Source: an uncultured Mycoplasmatota bacterium (GTDB taxonomy: Bacteria > Bacillota_I > Bacilli_A > RF39 > UBA660). Taken from it: a DNA stretch of 64,000 nt. Below, piece by piece: positions 28,677 through 39,321 of this stretch. Under the pieces are notes generated by a model. The model worked only from the letters and a program-made list of their open reading frames with translations. It made no database searches and had not been told where the DNA came from. The stretch lies in the NCBI GenBank assembly GCA_947643405.1, contig CANRVY010000003.1, positions 3,072-67,071 on the forward strand, in the 5' to 3' direction. The position numbers were made by a program, and so were the translations under genes. How positions within the stretch are numbered: position 1 is the stretch's first letter; every line of letters begins with the position of its first letter.

Positions 28677-29192
28677 CTAGCTTATGATTCCTTTTAATAC
28701 TCCAAATGACAAAACGAACATAATAATTCCTGCTAAAGTTACTCCTAAAATTGCTGCCAATAATGATTTCTTTTTATTCATCCCAACCATCGAAGCAATT
28801 AAAGAACCTGTCCAAGCTCCTGTTCCTGGAAGTGGTATTCCTACAAATAATAGGAGACCCCAAAATTGATACTTTTCGATTTGTTCTTTTTTAGAATTCG
28901 CTTTTGATTCTATTTTATTTACTAACTTTGATAAATGTTTTGTTTTCTTCAATTTATCAAAGATTGGTGTTATAAACCATAAAATAAATGGTATTGGAAT
29001 TAGATTTCCAATGAAACAAACAATAAAACTAGTAACAGGGTTCATATTTAATAATGATGCTGCAATTAAACCACCACGCAGTTCTAATATCGGCATTAAA
29101 GAAATTACAAAAATGATAATCTCTTTCCCAAAAGGCATATCTATGATACCACTAAAAGCTTGCAAAAATGATTGTACTAAACTTTCTGCCAC
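28677..29192 (-). CDS. COG2426-family small membrane protein (putative small multidrug export protein)
   Basis: LELRGGLIAA motif and 4 TM helices. Confidence 0.65.
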   Translation of the reverse strand: MAESLVQSFLQAFSGIIDMPFGKEIIIFVISLMPILELRGGLIAASLLNMNPVTSFIVCFIGNLIPIPFILWFITPIFDKLKKTKHLSKLVNKIESKANSKKEQIEKYQFWGLLLFVGIPLPGTGAWTGSLIASMVGMNKKKSLLAAILGVTLAGIIMFVLSFGVLKGIIS

Positions 29193-29205
29193 TTTCCTTC
29201 CTCCT

Positions 29206-31356
29206 TTATGGTTCTATCAAAGAAAGTGATACTTTCTTTTTATCTAGTAGAATCTCATCTACATAACAATCTACAATATCTCCTACACTGACTACATCCA
29301 TTGGATCTTTCACATAATGATTGGCTAACTTAGAAATATGAGCAAGTCCATCATTTTTAAGTCCAATATCGATAAATACTCCAAATGGAGCAACATTTCT
29401 TACAGTTCCTTGTAATTTCATACCCACTTTTAAATCTTCTAAATGAAGAATATCACTTTTTAAAATTGGTTTTGGCATTTCATCTCTAGGATCTCTATTT
29501 GGTTTCTTTAAAGAATTTATAATGTCTTCTAAAGTATAAATATCTGTCTTTAATTTTTTAGAAGTATCTTCAATATTAATATTTTCTAATGCGGAAATCA
29601 ATTTTTCTGTTCCAATATCTTCAATCGTGCAACCAACTAGCTTTAATAATTTTAATGTAGTTTCATAACTTTCTGGATGAATTCCTGTTACATCTAAAGG
29701 GTTGATACCATCTACAATTCTTAAAAATCCAATTGCTTGTTCATATGTTTTATCACTTAAAATTTTAGATTTTTTTAATTCTTCTCTAGAATCAATTCTT
29801 CCTTTTGTCTCCCTATAAGCAATAATTTTTTCAATATTTTTCTTTGTAATTCCTGAAACGTATTTTAATAAAAAGGCACTTGCTGTATTAATATTTACTC
29901 CAACTAAGTTTACTGCTTTTTCTACAACAAAATCTAAAACTTCTTTTAAACGTTTATCTGGAACATCATGTTGATATAATCCTACTCCAATACTTTCTGG
30001 ATCGATTTTTACTAATTCTGCCAAAGGGTCTTGTAGTCTTCTACCAATACTAATCGCACTTCTTTCTTCAACATGTAAATCAGGAAATTCTTCAATTGCT
30101 AGTTTAGAAGCTGAATAAACACTAGCTCCTGCTTCACTTACAATAATATATTCTACTTTTCGAGTGCTAGACTTAATAACATCAGCAATAAATGCTTCAC
30201 TTTCTCTACTAGCAGTTCCATTACCAATTGCTATAATATCAATTTTGTATTGATCTATTAATTCTAATACTATTTTTTTACTTTCTTCGTATAAATTTTT
30301 AGGTTCATGTGGATAAATCACTTTAATAGCCACTTTTTTTCCATTTGGCTCTATGACTGCTAATTTACATCCAGTACGATATGCTGGGTCAAATCCTAAT
30401 ACCATTTTATCTTTCATTGGTGGTTGTAATAACAAGTTTTCCAAATTTTTACCAAAATTATCAATTGCAATTTCATTTGCTTTATCTGTTAATTCACTTC
30501 TGATTTCTCTTTCAATAGATGGCGCAATCAGTCTCTTATAACTATCTTTTATTGCATTTTCAACAATAGAAACAACAAAAGATTTGTCATTTTTAATCAT
30601 CTTCTTTTTTAGATATTCTATAAATCTATCTTCATCTACTTCTAAATTTACAGTTATTACTTTTTCGTTTTCAGCACGATTAATTGCTAACGTACGATGT
30701 GCTTTTAATTGTTTTACAGCTTCTTTAAAATCATAATACATGGAATAAATCAGTTCTGGGTCTTCTGCATTTTTCTTCTTTGTTGTTGCAATAATTCCAT
30801 ACAAATAACTATTCGTTCTAATATATTTACGATAACTTGCATTATCACTAATCCACTCTGCAATGATATAGCCTGCACCTTCTATGGCACTATCAACATC
30901 TTTAACTGCATCATTAATATATGGTTTTGCTAAAAGTTCTAGACTACCTTCTAGAGGAAAACTAAGTATTTTTTTAGCAAGCGGTTCTAATCCATTTTTT
31001 ATTGCTTCTGTTGCTTTAGTTTTCTTTTTCTCTTTATAAGGTCTATATAAGTCTTCTACTTCAACTAATTTATTCGCACTCAAAATTTGAGTTTTTAATT
31101 CTTCTGTTAAAAGTCCTTTTTCATCAATTAACCTGATAACATCTTCTTTACGTTTCAATAAGTTTACTTGATAGGTGTAAACTTCTGAAATCTTTCTAAT
31201 TTGTTCTTCATCTAATGCTCCAGTTACTTCTTTTCGGTAACGTGCAATAAAAGGAATGGTATTTCCATCCTCTAATAATTTTAATGTTGCTTCTACTTGT
31301 CCAATTTTTACTTTTAATTCTTCACTTATTTCTTTTATGATTGTTTCGTTCATCAA
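29206..31356 (-). CDS. tex: Transcription accessory protein Tex
   Basis: Tex N-terminus (GNTIPFIARYRKE), YqgF and HhH modules, and a C-terminal S1 domain. Confidence 0.95.
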   Translation of the reverse strand: MMNETIIKEISEELKVKIGQVEATLKLLEDGNTIPFIARYRKEVTGALDEEQIRKISEVYTYQVNLLKRKEDVIRLIDEKGLLTEELKTQILSANKLVEVEDLYRPYKEKKKTKATEAIKNGLEPLAKKILSFPLEGSLELLAKPYINDAVKDVDSAIEGAGYIIAEWISDNASYRKYIRTNSYLYGIIATTKKKNAEDPELIYSMYYDFKEAVKQLKAHRTLAINRAENEKVITVNLEVDEDRFIEYLKKKMIKNDKSFVVSIVENAIKDSYKRLIAPSIEREIRSELTDKANEIAIDNFGKNLENLLLQPPMKDKMVLGFDPAYRTGCKLAVIEPNGKKVAIKVIYPHEPKNLYEESKKIVLELIDQYKIDIIAIGNGTASRESEAFIADVIKSSTRKVEYIIVSEAGASVYSASKLAIEEFPDLHVEERSAISIGRRLQDPLAELVKIDPESIGVGLYQHDVPDKRLKEVLDFVVEKAVNLVGVNINTASAFLLKYVSGITKKNIEKIIAYRETKGRIDSREELKKSKILSDKTYEQAIGFLRIVDGINPLDVTGIHPESYETTLKLLKLVGCTIEDIGTEKLISALENINIEDTSKKLKTDIYTLEDIINSLKKPNRDPRDEMPKPILKSDILHLEDLKVGMKLQGTVRNVAPFGVFIDIGLKNDGLAHISKLANHYVKDPMDVVSVGDIVDCYVDEILLDKKKVSLSLIEP

Positions 31357-31367
31357 GATTCTCCTAA

Positions 31368-31853
31368 CTATATCACATAATCTTTTCCAATTTGACGTTC
31401 TAATAAACTAATTCCCATATCATGATATCTTGTTCCTGCACTACTTCTACACAAACTTTTAATGACATAAACATAATATCCGCGTTCCAATAAATCTAAT
31501 GCAGTTTTATAAACGCTTCTATCTGTATCTAATCCACATAAATAAACATATTTAATTTTATTTTCTCTTAAATAAGAATCTAATTCTTCTGTATACATCG
31601 TATAAGCAGTTCTTTCCATCACTTCATAAGGTTTAGAAAACTGTACCATTAATGTACAATCGGATTTATCGAGACATTTACTATTGCCTAATCTTTTTAT
31701 AAAAATACTATCTAAATGATTAATAAATTTTCCAACTACAATATTATCATAATAAGTAGCTGCGACATAATCTTCTATTTTGCTTGGCAAATCATTTGTA
31801 TATTCATTCATAAATACTTTTTCCAAATCTAATATTAATAATGCTTTTTTCAT
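31368..31853 (-). CDS. Isochorismatase-family cysteine hydrolase
   Basis: ALLILDLE N-terminus and the catalytic Cys region YVYLCGLDTDRSVYKTALDLLERGYYVYVI. Confidence 0.65.
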   Translation of the reverse strand: MKKALLILDLEKVFMNEYTNDLPSKIEDYVAATYYDNIVVGKFINHLDSIFIKRLGNSKCLDKSDCTLMVQFSKPYEVMERTAYTMYTEELDSYLRENKIKYVYLCGLDTDRSVYKTALDLLERGYYVYVIKSLCRSSAGTRYHDMGISLLERQIGKDYVI

Positions 31854-31919
31854 AATACCACCTATTATCATTATATCAATACAGTAAGAATTCTACAAGA
31901 AAATGAAAAAAATTACTTT

Positions 31920-33128
31920 CTATTTTAAATATTTTTTGTCAATCTTTTGTTCTAATAATGACGCTTTTTTTATCACAGAAATCCCAAACTTGCTTTTCAA
32001 TTCATCAACAGTCTGTTCTAATTCACTATGTTCTTCTCTTTCTTTGATATCTTCAAATAATGAAACTTGATGATTGGAAATATCTCCTAATTGGTCTAAC
32101 CGAATTCCAATTAAACGAACGGAATCATATTCCATTTCATTTAAAATACTACATGCCACTTCATAGATCTCAGATGTAATATTGGTTGCATTTTTCAATT
32201 TTTTTTGATGGGAAGTCCTCCTAAAATACTTATCTTTTAAAATAACAGCTATGACATAAGCATATTTCTTTTGCCTCCTAAGACGAAGCGCTACATTTTC
32301 AGAAAGTCCTAACAAACAATTATAAAGCTCCATTCTATTTGATATATCTCTATCTAAAGTAATCTCATTTCCAATGCTTTCAGGTGCCGATACTTCACTC
32401 ACAACTGGACTTTCATCAATTCCAGTTGCCAATTGTATCATATGAATTGCTTGATTTTTAAAATAATATTCTAATTTTTTAGAATCAAAATGAGCTAGAT
32501 CATAAATAGTATGAATTCCCAACTGATGTAATCTAGGTGCTGTTTTCTTTCCAATCCCAAATAATTCATCTACAGGAAGTGACCACATTTTTTCTTTGAT
32601 TTCTTCTTTATAAAGAGTATGGATTTTATTAGGTTTAGAAAAATCTGATGCCATTTTCGCACATAATTTATTATTTGCAATTCCTATATTTACAGTAAAC
32701 CCTAAAGTGTCATATATTTCTTTTTGAATTTTTTTTGCAAATTCATATTCATCTCCATATAAATTCTTTACTTTTCCATAATCCAAATAGCATTCATCAA
32801 TAGATGCTACTTCAATATCTGGAGAATATTTACTTAATAATTCAAATAGTTTTTTTGACATTTCTGCATAAAAAGTATAATTAGAAGGATATACCCGTAA
32901 CGCAGGACACTTTTTTCTGGCACTATATAAAGTATCAGCTGTTTTAATTCCCATTTTTTTAGCTGCATTAGACTTAGCCAAAACAATTCCGTGTCTCGCT
33001 TCTTCATCTCCACCAATCACAGCATAACTATTTCGAATATCATATTTATATCCTTTATTTAATAAATCAATGGCGGACCAAGATAAAAAGGCATTGTTTA
33101 CATCAATATGAAAAATAATCCTCTCCAT
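31920..33128 (-). CDS. Y-family DNA polymerase (DinB/UmuC-like)
   Basis: N-terminal catalytic motifs (HIDVNNAFLS, SIDECYLD) and a little-finger domain. Confidence 0.85.
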   Translation of the reverse strand: MERIIFHIDVNNAFLSWSAIDLLNKGYKYDIRNSYAVIGGDEEARHGIVLAKSNAAKKMGIKTADTLYSARKKCPALRVYPSNYTFYAEMSKKLFELLSKYSPDIEVASIDECYLDYGKVKNLYGDEYEFAKKIQKEIYDTLGFTVNIGIANNKLCAKMASDFSKPNKIHTLYKEEIKEKMWSLPVDELFGIGKKTAPRLHQLGIHTIYDLAHFDSKKLEYYFKNQAIHMIQLATGIDESPVVSEVSAPESIGNEITLDRDISNRMELYNCLLGLSENVALRLRRQKKYAYVIAVILKDKYFRRTSHQKKLKNATNITSEIYEVACSILNEMEYDSVRLIGIRLDQLGDISNHQVSLFEDIKEREEHSELEQTVDELKSKFGISVIKKASLLEQKIDKKYLK

Positions 33129-33209
33129 GATATCACCATATTTATTATAGCAATCTATATTCTATTTGTAAATCAAATTACGAACGTTTTTTCGTACAAA
33201 AAAGAAGCT

Positions 33210-35711
33210 TTATTTTCGCTTCCTATCATTATAAATCATAATGCCACATAATATCACCGAAATAATACTAACAATAACTCCGATATCTTTCCAAGGCGCT
33301 CTATATGTAATTTCTATTTTATGTTTTCCTTTTTCTAATGGAAAGCCAATAAATACATCATTAACTTTAGAAAATTCCTGCTTTTTTCCATCTATTTTGA
33401 TTTGAAATGCTTCATCATATGGAATAGATAAAACAAAATGGCCACTTTCGGATACATCAATTCCCCCAGAAATCTTATCCCCTTTCGTTTTCTTCAAATC
33501 TATAATCATTGAATCTACTGCTTTTGAATTATTTTTGAAGGTTTGATAATCCAATATATAAGTTTCTATATCAGCAATTTCAAAAGTACCTTTGCTCATA
33601 TAAATAGAAAGATGATCTATTTCTTTTCCTGAAATAGCATATTCAAAATCATAATTTTCATTATGATACATCCATTGTTTGCAAGTAAGTTTATTTGATA
33701 TTTGATTAATTGAAATGGATAAATCTCCTTTTTTACAACTTTGAGACTTATCAACCCTAAATTTAATCATTAAAATTTGATTATCTTTTACTATTTCTTT
33801 TAAAGGAATATCAAAAGTTATATTTTTCTTAACTGTTACGGTGTATCCATTATCTGTTTTCATTACTTCTAATCCATCAATAGCAGAAGGATATTCTATT
33901 TCATACTTCTCTATATTACTTGAAAAAGAATTCTCACCTTGGTTTTCTACAACTGCCCCATCCATTAATAATTCCATATTATATGGATATTTTAATGTAT
34001 CATAAAATGATTTCTGATAAATATTAGTAGTTACATATCCTAGTGGATAAACATTATTATTTTTATAAATTCCGTATTCACCATTTTGTTCTACCAATTC
34101 ATATCCAACTGGCTGCTCTCCAATTTTCGCAAACACATATTTTACATTCATTAAATTTTGAAAGAAAATATTATTAGAAGAAGATGTTACCAATCGATTT
34201 CGATAGGTATCAGCATTTCCCATTTTATTGTAAAAAAAGTCTTTATAAGGTTGATGAAAGGTTGATGAATATAAAGATGTGGAGTAATAATAAGGATGAT
34301 AAACTTTATTAGAAGTAAGTAATGTATCTGTCAAATCATTAAAACGATAAAAATCTTTATCTTTTTCAATAATATTTTTAATAGTATCCATTTTTTGGCT
34401 ATTGAAAACTCTATTATAATTATCTTTCAATTCATAATTTTCTCCATGGTTTGCAACAATTACCATTCCTATCGATAAAATTCCAATAGGAAGCATATAC
34501 AGAAACTTTTTTTGCCATCTATAATAAGCATATAAAAATAGAAAAGTAAAACCTAAATCAATAAAAAACCAGTTTTGATGATAACCTCTCCATGCCCAGA
34601 AAAAAGCAAATAAAGTAAGAACGACAATTTCCAATTTAATGTTTGATCTTTTTTGTTCCAAATCACACAATAGAAAGCTAATTAATAAAACAAAAAGAGG
34701 TAAAAAAGGAATCAATACTTTTGCTCTTACATATAACATTCCATTTAAGGCATACATAATAAATGGGATTGATAAAATTGTAAATAAAGAAATTCCTAAA
34801 AAGATTTTTTCTTTTTTCTTTGTTAAAAAAGTATGAAATAAAGCAAATATCGAAATGGCTGATAATCCAATAGAATAAGAACTATATACAAGTGCATTAA
34901 TATCAAAATGAGGAATGAATAATTTTGTTAATGCAATTGGCTCTTTTCCTCCACTTCTTCCATTTAAAATAACATAAGCTGTTGGGATCAATAATATTGC
35001 AGATAATCCAATTCCTAAAACAATTGGATATAGGAATTTCATGCCATCTAATAAAAACTTTTTTATCATAACATGATCTTCTTTCTTTAAATATATGTAG
35101 ACTCCATAAATTACAAGTACCAAAATGCCCCCAATACTATAATAGTAGCTTGTTAAAATCATTCCTAATACGCCACAAGTTATAAGACTTCGCTTATTTT
35201 TTTCAAAATACTTATCTACCCCAATTAAACCAAGCAATAAAAACGGCATATAATTTATAAACATAATATGTCTATGAGCATGAAAAATAAGAGGAGTTGC
35301 GCAAGTAAAAATAAGTGTTGAAATAAATGTAATAGAGCGAGAAAAGCCTTTTTTTGTAAGCCAATAATAACATAAATAAACACTACATAATATTTCTCCA
35401 ATAGAAGCAATTGTCATAAAGTCTACCATTTTTATAAATGGAAATAAATAAGAAAGTAATACAACTGGATTCAAAAAACCATAATAGGAAATATTATAAA
35501 TATTTTGTCCTGCACCTAAATGCATCATAAAATCAGGAAAAATGTCACCAGTTTGATAAAAAAGTGTTCTAAAATATTCTGGTAGCATCGTATGTTGACT
35601 TCCCCAATCTGTTACAGAACCAAATAACTTATCTGGATAAATAGAAAAGAAAATCACTCCGAATACTAAAATGGTTAAGAAAAACAGATTCAAAAAATCT
35701 TTCTTCTTCAT
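33210..35711 (-). CDS. YfhO-family membrane glycosyltransferase
   Basis: 833 aa polytopic protein with a YfhO-like N-terminus and a large extracytoplasmic C-domain. Confidence 0.8.
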   Translation of the reverse strand: MKKKDFLNLFFLTILVFGVIFFSIYPDKLFGSVTDWGSQHTMLPEYFRTLFYQTGDIFPDFMMHLGAGQNIYNISYYGFLNPVVLLSYLFPFIKMVDFMTIASIGEILCSVYLCYYWLTKKGFSRSITFISTLIFTCATPLIFHAHRHIMFINYMPFLLLGLIGVDKYFEKNKRSLITCGVLGMILTSYYYSIGGILVLVIYGVYIYLKKEDHVMIKKFLLDGMKFLYPIVLGIGLSAILLIPTAYVILNGRSGGKEPIALTKLFIPHFDINALVYSSYSIGLSAISIFALFHTFLTKKKEKIFLGISLFTILSIPFIMYALNGMLYVRAKVLIPFLPLFVLLISFLLCDLEQKRSNIKLEIVVLTLFAFFWAWRGYHQNWFFIDLGFTFLFLYAYYRWQKKFLYMLPIGILSIGMVIVANHGENYELKDNYNRVFNSQKMDTIKNIIEKDKDFYRFNDLTDTLLTSNKVYHPYYYSTSLYSSTFHQPYKDFFYNKMGNADTYRNRLVTSSSNNIFFQNLMNVKYVFAKIGEQPVGYELVEQNGEYGIYKNNNVYPLGYVTTNIYQKSFYDTLKYPYNMELLMDGAVVENQGENSFSSNIEKYEIEYPSAIDGLEVMKTDNGYTVTVKKNITFDIPLKEIVKDNQILMIKFRVDKSQSCKKGDLSISINQISNKLTCKQWMYHNENYDFEYAISGKEIDHLSIYMSKGTFEIADIETYILDYQTFKNNSKAVDSMIIDLKKTKGDKISGGIDVSESGHFVLSIPYDEAFQIKIDGKKQEFSKVNDVFIGFPLEKGKHKIEITYRAPWKDIGVIVSIISVILCGIMIYNDRKRK

Positions 35712-35794
35712 ATCAAGTCACCTCTTTATCCATTATAGACTAAATTTTTATTATCTGCAATTTCATTTTTATAATATGACAAATTTAAAAAAAA

Positions 35795-35811
35795 AGAGTG
35801 ATCATCACTCT
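35795..35811 (-). terminator. yihY terminator
   Basis: Perfect palindrome AGAGTGAT-C-ATCACTCT flanked by A9 on the plus strand (T9 on the minus strand). Confidence 0.6.
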
Positions 35812-35904
35812 TCCCATAGTATTTTATTGTTCGATAACTATTACTATGTAGTCTGTAATGGTACATATCAGCAAAAATATGTATCCATTTCTATTTTGTC
35901 CTAA

Positions 35905-36729
35905 CTATACTATTTTATTCACATCTTTTTTGTAACCTTCTGTATTAATTGCAATTCCAACTACTAAAATATAAGAAAGAATATAGATCCACATCATTAA
36001 TACAATAATATTAGATAAGCTTCCATAAAAAATGTCATAATTTGTAAAATTTGCTACATAATAAGAATAAATTGCTGTAACAAGTGACCATGCTAAAGTT
36101 GTAAAAATAGCTCCGTTATTTACATAACGACTTGGAATTCGCTCGTCTGGTGCTATTGTATAAATCATTTTCACCAAAAAGAAAATAAAGAAAAATGCAA
36201 TTGGCCACTTCAAAAATACAAACAAATAATAGACAGATTTACTAACTTGCTTCATAAATTCTAAATCCAAAATAAACTTAACAATAATATTTCCAAAAGC
36301 TAAAAATACAACCACAAAGAAAAATAAACTAACCATAAGAATTGTTAAAAATAAAGCCTTTATTCTTCTTTTTAAAAATTCAGAATGCGGAATATCATAC
36401 AGAATATTTGAAGTTAAAATAAGAGAGTGAGCACCATTTGATGCTACAATAGATCCTGTAATCATATAAAAGACAATATTTCCATCAATCCCCTTTCCTT
36501 CAATAAAGGGGAGTAATACTTTTGTAACTTCCCTTGGAAGGGTTGATAATAGAAAATCGACCAATGACTCAATAGAAATAGAAAAATAAGAAGCTATAAA
36601 ACCGATTAATGTAATAATAGGAACAATAGATAGAACAAAAAAGAAGGCTAAATTGCCTGGTAAAACTCTCATTTCTGGCTTCATTGTTACCTGATATAGG
36701 TTCTTTATAAGAGTTTTTATCTGCTTCAT
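35905..36729 (-). CDS. YihY/BrkB-family membrane protein
   Basis: YihY N-terminus (GNLAFFFVLSIVPIITLIG) and 6 TM helices. Confidence 0.8.
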   Translation of the reverse strand: MKQIKTLIKNLYQVTMKPEMRVLPGNLAFFFVLSIVPIITLIGFIASYFSISIESLVDFLLSTLPREVTKVLLPFIEGKGIDGNIVFYMITGSIVASNGAHSLILTSNILYDIPHSEFLKRRIKALFLTILMVSLFFFVVVFLAFGNIIVKFILDLEFMKQVSKSVYYLFVFLKWPIAFFFIFFLVKMIYTIAPDERIPSRYVNNGAIFTTLAWSLVTAIYSYYVANFTNYDIFYGSLSNIIVLMMWIYILSYILVVGIAINTEGYKKDVNKIV

Positions 36730-36738
36730 TGTAACCTC

Positions 36739-38772
36739 CTAATTATTAAGTTCTTCTTTATTGTTTCGCATATCTAGTGTTGCTTCATTTACAGCGTCAT
36801 CAATGGTTTTAATTGCATCATTAATCATACTATAACCGCTCGCTGCACCAAATCCATGTGAAAGTTCTTTCAATTCCTTATTTAATTTTCGATTATAAGC
36901 AACTACTTGTTTTTCATCATAACCCACTAAATAAATTAAGAATTCGTTTCCATTTGTTCTAATAATATCACTATTTTCTATTTGACCACGAATTAAAATA
37001 TTGGCAGCTTCTTTAATAACATTGTCACCTTCTTGATGACCATAATTATCATTAATATAAGCAACATTATTTAAATCAACAATAATAATAGCTTGTGGAT
37101 ATACTTCTGAATTATCCCATTTTTCAATATTGTCATTTAAATATACACGATTTTTTAAAGATGTTAAAGAATCAATATAGCGTAATTTATCTTCTTTAGA
37201 AATCTTTTTATTTTTTGTCTTACCTTTTCCTAATTTTAAATAACCAATAATTGCAATTACAAAAATTCCAAAGGTTGTAAAGAATAGTAATAAGCGATTC
37301 CCATTAATTGATTTCTTATCTTCTTTTGATAACTCATAAAAACTATCAGTTAATACATTTTTCTCATTTACAAAAGATAAATAGAAATTAAATAATTCTC
37401 CAAAGACTTTATTATCTTTAATATCTCGAATAACAAATCCATAATCATCCACTAAAGATTCCATGTAATCAATTTTATATTTTTTTAATTTATTATCTTT
37501 ATAATATTTATAGTTCTCATAATCGAGCGCTATTATACTATCCTTTTTCACTTTTTTCATTAATTGGTCCAAAGAATCATACTCCACAACTTTTACATTA
37601 CTTACTTTTAAGTAATAAGACGTAACCGTATTTTTTACAGTTATCACATTTTTTCCTTCCAAAGAAGCAAATGAATTTATTGTTAATGGTTGACTATTGT
37701 GAGACAATATTACAACTCTTTCATCATAAGTAGAAACTGTATTTGTAACATCTAAGCTATATTTCATAGGCTCATAGTTATCAAACATTAAGTCAATCTT
37801 ATTTGCATTAAAGTCTTTTATCATACTAGAAATACTATTGTATTCCTGAAATGATATCTCAATATCCGCTAAAAGAGATAATTCTTTTAGAAAGCTACTA
37901 TTATAACCACGTAATTTAGAACCTACCATAATATCATATGGAGCATCACTTACAAAGCCATATACATATCGCTTACCTTTAAATTTCGCTTTTTCTTTAT
38001 CATCAATATTTTTAAAATTAAAATAAGTTGAAGATAAATAAGTATTATAGGATAATTCATAATTTTCATTGTACCATTTTTTATAATATTTTTTTAAAAT
38101 GGTATTCAATCGTTCTGTCTTTCCCAACCTTAAAACATAATAAATTGGATATTCTGTAATATTATAAGAAATTGTTAAATTATTTTTAATAATTGTTTCT
38201 AAATAAGTTGTTTTAGGTAGTACAATTGCATCTACATCTGCTCCAATACTTGCAACTAAGTCTTCCACCTTATCATATGTCTTTAATGTAATAACACTTC
38301 CTTGTAAATATTTATTAACACGATCCAAATCAGAATCCATTACTCCTAAAGTAATTCCTTTTATATCATATAATGTATTATATTTTACATTTTCCTTTGT
38401 AATAATTGCATAACAATCTTCATAAAATAATAAATCATTTTTCATTAATTGATTTGTTGCCATAATAGAATACTCTGTTTTTGGCGTATCTGTTGTTGCT
38501 ATTGAAACTTTATTAAAAGAAAGTCCTGTATCTTTTTCTAAAGAATCTAAAAAATCAAATATTAATCCATTACCATTATAATTTAATATGGGAACTTGAT
38601 TTACAATTGATAAATCAATCAACTTATTTTTATTGCTTTCTATCCAACGGTTCTCTAATATTGTTAAAGTTGTATCCTTATCAGATCTATTTAAAACATA
38701 ATAGCCAATTCCAAAAATAGAAAGCGCTAAAACAGCAAGAACACTTATAATGATAATATTTTTTTTCTTCAT
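36739..38772 (-). CDS. Membrane sensor protein with two periplasmic solute-binding-like domains and a degenerate GGDEF domain
   Basis: YGHQEGD precedes NGNEF, where GG(D/E)EF would be expected. GGAGGT RBS. Confidence 0.7.
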   Translation of the reverse strand: MKKKNIIIISVLAVLALSIFGIGYYVLNRSDKDTTLTILENRWIESNKNKLIDLSIVNQVPILNYNGNGLIFDFLDSLEKDTGLSFNKVSIATTDTPKTEYSIMATNQLMKNDLLFYEDCYAIITKENVKYNTLYDIKGITLGVMDSDLDRVNKYLQGSVITLKTYDKVEDLVASIGADVDAIVLPKTTYLETIIKNNLTISYNITEYPIYYVLRLGKTERLNTILKKYYKKWYNENYELSYNTYLSSTYFNFKNIDDKEKAKFKGKRYVYGFVSDAPYDIMVGSKLRGYNSSFLKELSLLADIEISFQEYNSISSMIKDFNANKIDLMFDNYEPMKYSLDVTNTVSTYDERVVILSHNSQPLTINSFASLEGKNVITVKNTVTSYYLKVSNVKVVEYDSLDQLMKKVKKDSIIALDYENYKYYKDNKLKKYKIDYMESLVDDYGFVIRDIKDNKVFGELFNFYLSFVNEKNVLTDSFYELSKEDKKSINGNRLLLFFTTFGIFVIAIIGYLKLGKGKTKNKKISKEDKLRYIDSLTSLKNRVYLNDNIEKWDNSEVYPQAIIIVDLNNVAYINDNYGHQEGDNVIKEAANILIRGQIENSDIIRTNGNEFLIYLVGYDEKQVVAYNRKLNKELKELSHGFGAASGYSMINDAIKTIDDAVNEATLDMRNNKEELNN

Positions 38773-38809
38773 AAAAACCTCCACTTAGCTTCCCTGACTT
38801 TTCTAGTCC

Positions 38810-39268
38810 TTACCACACAAATTCAGAACTCGTTCTATGTTTATATCCATTTATCGGATATCCTTCGCTTTCTGTCTCATTACATGTTACAAAAATTTGA
38901 ATATCATAAAAAGCTTTTTCTTCTTCATTTAATGTTACCAAAAATGGTTCTGCCACTTTTTTAGAATTCTCTATAGTCGTATTTTGTGCTACCTCAACTG
39001 TGAAATTAATAGTTCTTCCTTCGATACGATGAGTTACTTTTTTGACAAATTCATTTTTCTTAATTTCAGTACTTATCTTATCTAATGTTTCATTTTTAAG
39101 CCCTACTTTTTCAATTCCATCTAATCTATTTCCATAGATTGTTCCTTCATTTCCTGAGCCTAATATCTGACGAGCAAAAAGAAAGGCTGCAATTCCCATT
39201 ATTAATAAAATTATAACTATAATGACTGCTATAATATGACGTTTTAAAAACTTCAAAATAGATGCCAT
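38810..39268 (-). CDS. Hypothetical membrane-anchored protein
   Basis: N-terminal TM helix. 152 aa. Confidence 0.45.
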   Translation of the reverse strand: MASILKFLKRHIIAVIIVIILLIMGIAAFLFARQILGSGNEGTIYGNRLDGIEKVGLKNETLDKISTEIKKNEFVKKVTHRIEGRTINFTVEVAQNTTIENSKKVAEPFLVTLNEEEKAFYDIQIFVTCNETESEGYPINGYKHRTSSEFVW

Positions 39269-39321
39269 TTTATCACCCCATTTGTATTCTTATTATACTA
39301 TATTTCTTTTTTTCTAGCAAA

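Noticed and set aside
22905-30933. Various 60-107-aa ORFs inside the FtsX, ABC, Trx-like, HExxH, COG2426 and tex genes
   Set aside because: Shadow ORFs in AT-rich DNA, all fully contained in larger supported CDSs.
32834-35904. Small ORFs inside the polY and yfhO genes, and 35671-35904 spanning the yfhO start and intergenic region
   Set aside because: They overlap supported genes or a terminator/promoter region. There are no RBS and the sequences are low complexity.
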